Shown here one piece after another: positions 10,712-19,706 of a stretch of 64,000 bases of DNA. The stretch is from Bacilli bacterium (GTDB taxonomy: Bacteria > Bacillota_I > Bacilli_A > RF39 > UBA660). The DNA lies in contig JAFYYX010000001.1 in assembly GCA_017548925.1 (NCBI GenBank), forward strand, positions 169,551 to 233,550, given 5' to 3'. Within the stretch, counting starts at the first letter, position 1. Each line of letters opens with the position of its first letter. The notes below the pieces were generated by a model, which did not search any database, was not told the DNA's origin, and saw only the letters and a program-made list of their open reading frames with translations. Both the position numbers and the translations under genes were made by a program.

Positions 10712-11809
10712 TTAAGCAGTTTTATAAATAGTTTTAGATACACCAGTAAATTCGTATCCATCTACATGTTGTTCTTTAGACCAAATACAATCTGCTGTTC
10801 TATAAATAGTTTTATAATCTGTATGATCATATATTTCTTCAAATCCTTGTTTTAGGAAGAAATTAACATTTGCAGTATCTGCAGCAGCGATGATATGACA
10901 GTTTTCATAATCAGGTGCTGGACAATATCTATTGTATACAACTTTTAATGTTGTAGTTTGATAATTATTACCTTCTGGTTTAATAGTAGTCCACTCACCA
11001 TATTTAGCATGTTGATATAATATGTAATCAACTACTTTATTTGTTGTATTATCAGCTATTGTAGTAGAACTTGAAGAACTAGAACTTGAAGAACTAGAAC
11101 TAGATGATGAACTAGAACTTGATGATGAACTAGAACTTGATGAAGAACTAGAACTTGAAGAACTAGATGATGAACTAGAACTAGATGCAGTTGATGATTT
11201 AGAAGAACTAGATGAAGATTTACCAGATGAAGATTTACTAGAAGATGAACTAGATGAAGACTTACTTGAATCAGTTGATGTACTAGTTTTTGAATTATCT
11301 TTAGTAGTATCTTTCTTAGTATCTTTATCAGTAGTATCATTTTTCTTTGTATCTACTTTATTATTATTTTTGTCATCTTTTTTATCTTTTTTAATATTAG
11401 TTAAAATGGAATCAGCTTCATTTTTACATTTTAAATATACTTTTAATGTATAGTTTTCATCATCAATTTTTGTTACTTGTGCATAAGATGAATAAATTGA
11501 ACATTCATCACCGTTTTTATCATAAATTGAATTTGCTTTACCATCTTTAATTATTTCATCAAGAGAAACTTTAATTTTTGAGTTTGTATTTAATGGTAAT
11601 TTATCATCAGTAAAATATTTTACAGCACTATCTTTAAAATATTTTAGATTTTCGTTTATATCATTACCCTTTTTAGGTTTTTTAACATCATTTTTCTTGT
11701 GATAAAAAATATACCAAACTAGTAGTAACACTAGAACTACTAAAAGTAGTTTTAAAAATACAGATGACCATCTTATTTTTTTATTTACAAATTTTTTCTC
11801 TTCGTACAT
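10712..11809 (-). CDS. Membrane-anchored surface protein: Cys-bridged N-terminal domain, 40-Ser stalk, C-terminal domain
   Basis: N-terminal TM after a basic stretch; ATG 11809 with GGGGG SD; low-complexity K/D/T then poly-S. Confidence 0.85.
   Translation of the reverse strand: MYEEKKFVNKKIRWSSVFLKLLLVVLVLLLVWYIFYHKKNDVKKPKKGNDINENLKYFKDSAVKYFTDDKLPLNTNSKIKVSLDEIIKDGKANSIYDKNGDECSIYSSYAQVTKIDDENYTLKVYLKCKNEADSILTNIKKDKKDDKNNNKVDTKKNDTTDKDTKKDTTKDNSKTSTSTDSSKSSSSSSSSKSSSGKSSSSSSKSSTASSSSSSSSSSSSSSSSSSSSSSSSSSSSSSSSSSSSSSSSTTIADNTTNKVVDYILYQHAKYGEWTTIKPEGNNYQTTTLKVVYNRYCPAPDYENCHIIAAADTANVNFFLKQGFEEIYDHTDYKTIYRTADCIWSKEQHVDGYEFTGVSKTIYKTA
11066..11185 (-). repeat. Imperfect tandem repeat encoding 40 consecutive serines
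   Basis: GAAGAACTAGAACTT / GATGAACTAGAACTT units on +; TCT/TCA/AGT codons on -. Confidence 0.9.
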
Positions 11810-11939
11810 AAATAAACCCCCTAAATACACGATTTATTAGTTATATATACTAACATAATAGATATTTATTGTCAATTAATAAAAAAACTAAATATTTATA
11901 AAATATTGTGTTAAAATATTAAAGCAAGTGGGTGATTAT

Positions 11940-14744
11940 ATGGATAAAATAATTATAAAAGGTGCAAGAGAAAATAATCTTAAAAACATTGATTTAGAAC
12001 TTCCAAAAAACAAACTTATTGTTATGACTGGTGTATCAGGATCAGGAAAAAGTAGTTTAGCTTTTGATACTATATATGCAGAAGGTCAAAGAAGATATGT
12101 AGAATCTTTAAGCGCCTATGCTAGACAATTTTTAGGAAATAGTACTAAACCTGATGTTGATTCAATCGAAGGTTTATCACCTAGTATTTCTATTGATCAA
12201 AAAACAACCAATAAGAACCCAAGATCTACAGTTGGAACTATTACTGAAATATATGATTATTTGAGACTTTTATTTGCAAGAATAGGAGTTCCATACTGTC
12301 CTAATCATCATGTTCCAATTACTAGTCAATCAATTGAAGAAATGACTAATAAAGTAATGAATTTAGAAGAAGATACAAAAATAGAAATCTTATCACCAAT
12401 AGTTCATGGAGAAAAAGGAACTCATCAAGATACTTTTGATAATTTAAGAAAACTTGGTTATGCAAGAGTTAGAGTAAATGGTGAAATGTATGATTTATCA
12501 GAAGAAATAAAACTCGATAAAAATACAAAAGATAATATTGATGTTGTAATTGATAGAATTAAAGTAAAACAAGAAGAAAGATCAAGAATATTTGAATCTA
12601 TCGAAGCTAGTTGCAAACTATCTCATGGTAGAGTGGTAATTAACGTACTTGGTGGAGAAGAAATTCAAATGAGTGAAAATTATGCATGTTTAAAATGCGA
12701 TTATTCACTACCTGAACTTGAACCTAGTTTATTTTCATTTAATGCTCCATATGGTGCTTGTGAATCATGCAAAGGATTAGGTTCTAAACTACAAATTGTT
12801 GAAGAATTAGTAATTCCAGATGATACTAAATCTATTAATGAAGGTGCAATTGTTCCATTTAATTTAGATAATAATATTGGTTCTACACAACTTATTACAT
12901 TATGTGAAGAATATAATATTGATATGGATAAACCTTTTGGTAAGTTGACCAGAAAAGAAAAAGACTATGTATTATATGGTTCTGATAAACCATTATCAAT
13001 TAAGTATGTTTCTAAAAATGGTAATACTAGATATACCACTGAATATTTTGAAGGTATTATAAATAATCTTCAAAGAAGGTATATGGAAACATCAAGTGAA
13101 TGGATAAGAGAATGGCTTGAGAGATTCATGGTTGAAACGGAATGTGAATCTTGTCATGGAAAAAGATTAAGACCAGAAGTACTATCCATTTATATAAATA
13201 ATAAAAACATTATTGATGTAACTGAAATGTCTATTAAAGATATAAGAAAATTTATGAAGACATTAAAACTCACAAAAGAAGAAGAAGAAATATCTCATTT
13301 ATTAATTCAAGAAATTAATAATAGATTAGAGTTTCTAGATAATGTAGGACTAGAATACCTAACATTAGCAAGAGAAGCAGGAACACTTTCTGGTGGCGAA
13401 AGTCAAAGAATAAGACTTGCAACTCAAATAGGAAGTAAGTTATCTGGAGTACTTTATGTTCTTGATGAACCATCTATTGGTCTACATCAAAAAGATAATG
13501 AAAGATTAATAAACTCACTTAAACAAATGAGAGATTTAGGCAATACTTTAGTAGTTGTTGAACATGATACAGACACAATGCTTGCAGCTGATTATTTAGT
13601 TGATATAGGACCAGGTGCTGGAGACAATGGTGGAAAAGTAATGGCTGCTGGAACTCCAGAAGAAGTTATGAAAAATAAAAATAGTTTAACAGGTAGATAC
13701 TTATCTGGTGAACTTAAAATAGATGTACCTAAGAAAAGAAGAAAAGGTAATGGCAAGTTTATCAAGATTAAAGGTGCAGAAGAACATAATTTAAAAAATA
13801 TTAATGTTGATATACCTCTTGGTAAATTTGTATGTGTAACAGGTGTATCAGGTTCTGGTAAATCTTCATTAGTAAATGAAATATTATATAAATCTTTAGC
13901 TCATAAGATTAATAGAAATAGAATTCTTCCTGGTAAACATAAAAAAATAGAAGGAATAGAAAATCTAGATAAAGTTGTATTAATAACTCAAGATGCAATT
14001 GGTAGAACTCCAAGAAGTAACCCAGCAACATACGTTGGTGTATTTGATGATATTAGAGATATTTTTGCTGAAACTAAAGAAGCAAAAATGAGAGGTTATA
14101 CTAAATCAAGATTCTCATTTAATGTTAAAGGTGGAAGATGTGAAGCATGCTGGGGAGATGGAATTAAAAAGATAGAAATGCATTTCTTACCTGATGTATA
14201 TGTACCTTGTGACGTATGCCATGGTAATAGATATAACACTGAAACTCTTGATATTAAATTTAAGGGTAAAAATATTGCTGAAGTTTTAGATATGAGAGTT
14301 AGTGAAGCATTAGAATTTTTTGATAATGTTCCAAAAATTAAAAATCAACTTCAAGCAATGTACGATGTTGGTCTTGATTATATAAAACTTGGCCAAAGCG
14401 CAACAACATTATCTGGAGGAGAAGCTGGAAGAGTTAAACTTGCCAAAGAACTTCAAAAGAAACCTACTGGTAAATCTATATTTATTTTAGATGAACCAAC
14501 AACAGGACTTCATACAGATGATATTAAAAAACTACTTAATATCTTAAATAGAATTGTTGATAATGGAGATACAGTGCTTGTTATTGAACATAACTTAGAT
14601 GTTATCAAAGTAGCTGATTATATTATCGATTTAGGACCTGATGGTGGAGATGGTGGCGGAGAAATTGTTGCAACTGGAACACCTGAAGAAGTATCTAAAG
14701 TTAAAAATTCTTATACAGGAGAATTCTTAAAAAAAGTATTATAA
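11940..14744 (+). CDS. uvrA: Excinuclease ABC subunit A
   Basis: Two GVSGSGKSS Walker A motifs, LSGGE signatures, Zn fingers. Confidence 0.98.
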   Translation: MDKIIIKGARENNLKNIDLELPKNKLIVMTGVSGSGKSSLAFDTIYAEGQRRYVESLSAYARQFLGNSTKPDVDSIEGLSPSISIDQKTTNKNPRSTVGTITEIYDYLRLLFARIGVPYCPNHHVPITSQSIEEMTNKVMNLEEDTKIEILSPIVHGEKGTHQDTFDNLRKLGYARVRVNGEMYDLSEEIKLDKNTKDNIDVVIDRIKVKQEERSRIFESIEASCKLSHGRVVINVLGGEEIQMSENYACLKCDYSLPELEPSLFSFNAPYGACESCKGLGSKLQIVEELVIPDDTKSINEGAIVPFNLDNNIGSTQLITLCEEYNIDMDKPFGKLTRKEKDYVLYGSDKPLSIKYVSKNGNTRYTTEYFEGIINNLQRRYMETSSEWIREWLERFMVETECESCHGKRLRPEVLSIYINNKNIIDVTEMSIKDIRKFMKTLKLTKEEEEISHLLIQEINNRLEFLDNVGLEYLTLAREAGTLSGGESQRIRLATQIGSKLSGVLYVLDEPSIGLHQKDNERLINSLKQMRDLGNTLVVVEHDTDTMLAADYLVDIGPGAGDNGGKVMAAGTPEEVMKNKNSLTGRYLSGELKIDVPKKRRKGNGKFIKIKGAEEHNLKNINVDIPLGKFVCVTGVSGSGKSSLVNEILYKSLAHKINRNRILPGKHKKIEGIENLDKVVLITQDAIGRTPRSNPATYVGVFDDIRDIFAETKEAKMRGYTKSRFSFNVKGGRCEACWGDGIKKIEMHFLPDVYVPCDVCHGNRYNTETLDIKFKGKNIAEVLDMRVSEALEFFDNVPKIKNQLQAMYDVGLDYIKLGQSATTLSGGEAGRVKLAKELQKKPTGKSIFILDEPTTGLHTDDIKKLLNILNRIVDNGDTVLVIEHNLDVIKVADYIIDLGPDGGDGGGEIVATGTPEEVSKVKNSYTGEFLKKVL

Positions 14745-14770
14745 AAAGAAAGGATCTAATCCTTTCTTTT
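14745..14770 (+). terminator. Intrinsic terminator
   Basis: AAAAGAAAGGA-tctaa-TCCTTTCTTTT. Confidence 0.8.
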
Positions 14771-14826
14771 ATAGTTTAAAAAAGGATTTATTTTTTGTAT
14801 AATATTAGAAAGGAAAGTGATTTAGT

Positions 14827-15639
14827 ATGAATCCAGAACTTGTTAATTTATTTGGACTTAGTATTAGATGGTATTCAGTACTTATTTTAATTGGTGCTGC
14901 ACTAGGTATATTTTTACTTAAAAAAGAAGCTGAAAGATTTGGTATGAATTGGGATTTTATATTTAACCTATCTTTTTGGACAATTATTATTGGAATTATT
15001 GGCGCAAGAATATATTTTGTAGTCTTTCACTGGTCAGAATATGCAAGCGATTTATTAAGCATTTTTCAAATATGGAATGGTGGTCTTGCAATCCATGGCG
15101 GATTAATTGCGGGAGCAATTACAGCTTATGTATATTGCAAAAAGAATAAAGCTAATACACTAAAAATTATTGATATGGCACTTCCATCTGTTATCCTTGC
15201 TCAAGCAATAGGTAGATGGGGAAATTTCTTTAATAGTGAAGCTCATGGAATGGCAACAAGTCTATCAAAATTACAAAGTATGCATATTCCTGGATTTATT
15301 ATTAGAGGAATGAAAATAGATGGCGTTTACTATCATCCAACATTCTTATATGAATCAATTTTATGTATTTTAGGATTTATTCTTTTACTTGTCATTAGAA
15401 GAAATAAATATACAAAAGTAGGAACAGTAACAGGAACATATCTAATGTGGTATTCAGCTGGAAGATTCTTTATTGAACATTTAAGAACCGATTCACTAAT
15501 GCTTGGTGGATTTAGAGTTGCTCAAATTATTTCTATTATTTTATTCTTAGTTGGTTTATTCTTAATTATTAGAAATAAAAGACAAGGTAAATTTGAAAAC
15601 TTATACAACTCTGATAAAGATAACAACATAAGATTTTAG
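14827..15639 (+). CDS. lgt: Prolipoprotein diacylglyceryl transferase
   Basis: IRWY, GARIY, GGLAIHGG, QAIGRWGNFFN.E, HPTFLYES. Confidence 0.97.
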   Translation: MNPELVNLFGLSIRWYSVLILIGAALGIFLLKKEAERFGMNWDFIFNLSFWTIIIGIIGARIYFVVFHWSEYASDLLSIFQIWNGGLAIHGGLIAGAITAYVYCKKNKANTLKIIDMALPSVILAQAIGRWGNFFNSEAHGMATSLSKLQSMHIPGFIIRGMKIDGVYYHPTFLYESILCILGFILLLVIRRNKYTKVGTVTGTYLMWYSAGRFFIEHLRTDSLMLGGFRVAQIISIILFLVGLFLIIRNKRQGKFENLYNSDKDNNIRF

Positions 15640-15709
15640 AATATAGCTTATTGCTATATTCTTTTTTTAGTTTTATAATTACTTTATAGAATAGGATGGA
15701 TGTATTGAA

Positions 15710-17089
15710 GTGAAAAAATTATTTATAATAGCAATAGCTATATTTATGTTTCCATTAATTGCATATGCAGATGGAGCAGGACCAGAAATTGTTAGTTATG
15801 ATGCATATGTAACTAATCCAAAAGGAGCACCATATTATGATTGGGATCTTAAGAAAAAAGGTACAATTGAATATGAGAAAAAAATAAGAATTTATAATGA
15901 ATATACTATGGATGGAGAAATCTATGGTGTTATAGAAGATAAAAATAGTGATGATGAATATTTTGTTTCTGTAAATGATATAGCACCAGCAAAAAAGGTA
16001 CTTACAAAAAAAGATGCAAAAGCAATAAAGAATCCATTTAGTATATATGTATATAAAGATATAGAGTTATATAATGGACCAGCAGTTATATATGGAAAAA
16101 ATGGAGATATTATTCCTAAAGATTCAGAACTTACAGTTAAATATGCTGATACGAAAAACATTAATGTATTCTTATATGTAGAATATAATGGAAAATCCGG
16201 ATGGATTCCTTATTTTGGTAATCCACAAGATCTAGAACTTAATTATGCTACTAAAGTAAGTAAGGAAGAAACTTTATACATAGTAAATGATATTAAATAT
16301 TATAAAGATTTAAATAATTTAAGTAAGTCATCAGGAACAATTGAAAAAGGTACAAAAATAACTGCAAAGTATTATTCCACAAGTCTTGATTTAACTGAAT
16401 ACTACTGGACAGAAGCATATTTAGTTGAATATAAAGGTGAAAAAGTATGGATTTTAGAAACTGATGGAGTTGCTAGAAAAACTACCGATTACAAAGCAAA
16501 TATCTGTGCAACTATGTATTATGATAAATGTAAAATAAATAAAGATGTTACTGTATATGAAACACCTGGCGATCTACAATCTAAGAGTAAATACACTATT
16601 AAAAAAGGTGATAATCCTGAAGATTATGAATTGTTATACTCATATTCTGATACATATTTAAAAAAAGGTTATCGTGTTGACTGGTATTATATTAAATCAG
16701 ATGATATTGAAGGATGGGTAACTGATTACGATGGTCAGTTTGTATCTTATATACCAGAACAAGAAATTATTATTGATGACGATGATGTTGATGATGATAT
16801 CGATGTTGATGATGACGATGATGATATTGATGACGAAGATGATGATATCGAATTTGAAGAAGATGACGAAGAACAAGTAAAAGAAGCAATCATAACTATT
16901 TTATCAGCAGTTATTGTTTGCGGACTTGCTGTTCTTGGTATAACTTTATTAAATAAGAAAAAGAAAGATAAAACTTTAGATAATAATATAGATATTCAAG
17001 AAGAAAAAATAGAAACAGTTGAAACTATTAAAGAAGAAACTACAAAACCTAAAAAAGAAACTAAAAAAACTAAAAAGGAAGGTAAATAA
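15710..17089 (+). CDS. Secreted protein with about 4 SH3b-like repeats, Asp-rich linker, C-terminal TM and basic tail
   Basis: Signal peptide ending AYA|DGAGP; repeats such as YVEYNGKSGWI, LVEYKGEKVWI, YYIKSDDIEGWV; TM then NKKKK. Confidence 0.8.
   Translation: MKKLFIIAIAIFMFPLIAYADGAGPEIVSYDAYVTNPKGAPYYDWDLKKKGTIEYEKKIRIYNEYTMDGEIYGVIEDKNSDDEYFVSVNDIAPAKKVLTKKDAKAIKNPFSIYVYKDIELYNGPAVIYGKNGDIIPKDSELTVKYADTKNINVFLYVEYNGKSGWIPYFGNPQDLELNYATKVSKEETLYIVNDIKYYKDLNNLSKSSGTIEKGTKITAKYYSTSLDLTEYYWTEAYLVEYKGEKVWILETDGVARKTTDYKANICATMYYDKCKINKDVTVYETPGDLQSKSKYTIKKGDNPEDYELLYSYSDTYLKKGYRVDWYYIKSDDIEGWVTDYDGQFVSYIPEQEIIIDDDDVDDDIDVDDDDDDIDDEDDDIEFEEDDEEQVKEAIITILSAVIVCGLAVLGITLLNKKKKDKTLDNNIDIQEEKIETVETIKEETTKPKKETKKTKKEGK
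16775..16873 (+). repeat. GAT/GAC low-complexity tract encoding an Asp/Glu-rich linker
   Basis: DDDDVDDDIDVDDDDDDIDDEDDDIEFEEDDEE. Confidence 0.85.
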
Positions 17090-17091
17090 TT

Positions 17092-17457
17092 ATGTTTGAT
17101 TCTGATAGTTTGGTTACCGTACTTTTAGTTAGTTTCACACTAACAGTAATTATTGAATTACTATTTGCTGCTTTATTAAAAGTAAGATCATTTAAGGATT
17201 TTCTAAATATATTCCTAGTTAATTTAGTTACAAATCCAATAGTTGTGTCAGTAATTAATTTAGTAGATATTAAATGTGATCATAATATAGTTCTTTACGC
17301 AATACTAGGTATGGAAGTTCTTGCAATTATAAGTGAAGCTTTAATATATTTTAAAGTTCTTAAATATAGACATTTAAATCCATTTATACTTTCGCTAGTT
17401 TTAAATGTTTTATCATTCTTTATTGTAGATTACATAAATGTATTTATATATTATTAA
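17092..17457 (+). CDS. 4-TM membrane protein of unknown function
   Basis: Starts 2 nt after the upstream stop; hydrophobic helices with LT.IIE, VNLVTNP, E....SEA, LN..SF. Confidence 0.8.
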   Translation: MFDSDSLVTVLLVSFTLTVIIELLFAALLKVRSFKDFLNIFLVNLVTNPIVVSVINLVDIKCDHNIVLYAILGMEVLAIISEALIYFKVLKYRHLNPFILSLVLNVLSFFIVDYINVFIYY

Positions 17458-17522
17458 TAAATAGCACTAGTAAGTGCTATTTTTTTTTATTTATGATAAA
17501 ATATATCAAGGAAGTGATATAC

Positions 17523-18914
17523 ATGAAATTATTTAATACATTAACAAAAAAAGTCGAAGAATTTATACCAAATGAAGAAGGTATTATAAACATGTATACT
17601 TGTGGACCTACAGTTTATCATTATCAACATTTAGGTAATTTAAGAACTTATATTGCTGAAGATGTTTTTGAAAAAACATTTAAATATCTAGGTTATAAAG
17701 TAAATAGAGTTATGAATATAACTGATGTTGGTCATTTAAAAAGTGACGGCGATGAAGGCGAAGATAAGATGGTTATTGCTATGGAAAGAGAACATAAAAC
17801 ATCTCATGAAATAGCTGAATTTTATACGGATGACTTTAAAGAAAATTGTGATTTACTAAACATTAGATGGCCAGATACAGTTGTTCCAGCAACAGGTGAA
17901 ATAGATATGTATATAAAAATGATATCTAAATTACTTGAGGATGGCTTTGCATATGAAAGTAATGGTAACATTTATTTTGATACATCTAAGATGCCTAATT
18001 ATTATGAATTATCTGGAAGAAAAGAAGAAGATTTAATTGTTGGTAGTCGCGATGATGTAGAAGAAGATGTTAACAAAAAAAATCCAGCAGACTTTGTATT
18101 ATGGTTTACTAATTCAAAATTTGGTAATCAAGAACTTCAGTGGGATAGTCCATTTGGAAGAGGTTTCCCTGGATGGCATATAGAGTGTTCTGGAATATCA
18201 ATAAAATATTTAGGAGAACATTTAGATCTACACTTTGGAGCAGAAGATGCAGTATTCCCACACCATACAAATGAGATAGCACAAAGTGAAGCATACTTAG
18301 GTCATAAATGGTGTAATTACTGGGTACATTTATCTTGGCTTTTAACTGATAATATTAAAATGAGTAAAAGTTTAGGCCATGTAATTACAGCTAAAACTTT
18401 AAAAGAAGAAGGATTTAATCCGTTAGCATTTAGATATTTTATTCTAACATCTTATTATCATAAACAAGTAAATTTTACATATGAAACATTAGAGCAAAAT
18501 CAAAATGCTTATTTAAAACTTTTAAATAAAATTTCTAATCTAAAAGAAGATGGAGAAGTAGATAATACTAAATTTGAAGAGTATGATAATAAATTTAAAT
18601 CATACTTAGAAAATGATTTAGGAACTAGTAATGCAATTACATTAATATATGATTTATTAAAAGATGATAGTTTAAATAATTCTACTAAACTTGAATTAAT
18701 TAAATCATGGGATACTGTTTTATCACTTGATTTAATTCAAAAAGAAAATAAAGAATTAAAAGATGATTCGTATATTCTTGAAATGATAGAAAAAAGAAAT
18801 GAAGCTAAAAAGAATAAAGATTTTGCACTAGCTGATTCTATTCGTAATGAATTATTAGAAAAAGGAATTATGTTAGTAGATACTAGAGAAGGTACTACTT
18901 ATAAGGAGGTATAA
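17523..18914 (+). CDS. cysS: Cysteinyl-tRNA synthetase
   Basis: YTCGPTVY, HLGN (HIGH), PGWHIECS, FPHH.NE, KMSKS. Confidence 0.97.
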   Translation: MKLFNTLTKKVEEFIPNEEGIINMYTCGPTVYHYQHLGNLRTYIAEDVFEKTFKYLGYKVNRVMNITDVGHLKSDGDEGEDKMVIAMEREHKTSHEIAEFYTDDFKENCDLLNIRWPDTVVPATGEIDMYIKMISKLLEDGFAYESNGNIYFDTSKMPNYYELSGRKEEDLIVGSRDDVEEDVNKKNPADFVLWFTNSKFGNQELQWDSPFGRGFPGWHIECSGISIKYLGEHLDLHFGAEDAVFPHHTNEIAQSEAYLGHKWCNYWVHLSWLLTDNIKMSKSLGHVITAKTLKEEGFNPLAFRYFILTSYYHKQVNFTYETLEQNQNAYLKLLNKISNLKEDGEVDNTKFEEYDNKFKSYLENDLGTSNAITLIYDLLKDDSLNNSTKLELIKSWDTVLSLDLIQKENKELKDDSYILEMIEKRNEAKKNKDFALADSIRNELLEKGIMLVDTREGTTYKEV

Positions 18915-18916
18915 TC

Positions 18917-19597
18917 ATGAATACAGGACTTGATATTATATTAATTATTGCTATTTTAACAGTACCAGCAATAGCCCAAGCATTTATTACAGTTAGATAT
19001 AAAAAGTATTCAGGCATTGATAACAGTCAAAAGTTATCTGGATTTGAAACTGCAAGAAAGATACTTGATGCTAATGGCTTATCACAAATGGATATTGTTG
19101 CTGTTCCAGGATCATTAACTGATCACTATGATCCATCAAGAAAAGTTGTTAGATTATCTCAATCAAATTTTAATGATAATAGTATTGCTGCAATGGCTGT
19201 TGCAGCTCATGAATGTGGACATGCTATTCAAGATAAAGAAGGATACTTTATGATGAAATTAAGATCTGCTATTGTACCAGTTGTAAAAATAGGTACAGGT
19301 GTTTCTTATATCATTATTGCTATAGCATTCTTATTTGAAATACTACAATTATTTTATATTGGTATTGCATGTTCTTGCTTAGGTTTATTATTTCAATTAA
19401 TAACTTTACCAGTTGAATTTGATGCAAGTAATCGTGCTGGAAAGCAATTATCAAAATTAGGTTTAATTGATAAAAATGATAAATCTGGAACTAAAAAAGT
19501 ATTAGGTGCAGCAGCAATGACATATGTTGCCGGAATGCTATCATCATTACTAGTTATTCTAAGATATGTATTAATGTTTAGCGGACGTAGAGATTAA
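18917..19597 (+). CDS. Putative neutral zinc metallopeptidase (YugP/Zn_peptidase_2 family)
   Basis: LTDHYDP, VAAHECGHAIQ, TLPVEFDAS.RA, AAAMTYVA. Confidence 0.92.
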   Translation: MNTGLDIILIIAILTVPAIAQAFITVRYKKYSGIDNSQKLSGFETARKILDANGLSQMDIVAVPGSLTDHYDPSRKVVRLSQSNFNDNSIAAMAVAAHECGHAIQDKEGYFMMKLRSAIVPVVKIGTGVSYIIIAIAFLFEILQLFYIGIACSCLGLLFQLITLPVEFDASNRAGKQLSKLGLIDKNDKSGTKKVLGAAAMTYVAGMLSSLLVILRYVLMFSGRRD

Positions 19598-19706
19598 TCT
19601 CTACGTTTTTTATTTTAAATTAAATGTAAAGTTTACAATTAAATATACATTTTGTTATGTAAATATTGTATAAACCATTCTATAATTAATACTGGAGTGG
19701 TTTATT

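Noticed and set aside
11066-11185. Tandem repeat as a possible CRISPR array
   Set aside because: No unique spacers, lies inside a CDS, no cas genes
11056-11340. Alternative-frame ORF with LVLHQ/VLVHH repeats
   Set aside because: Frameshifted shadow of the poly-Ser repeat; no SD or promoter
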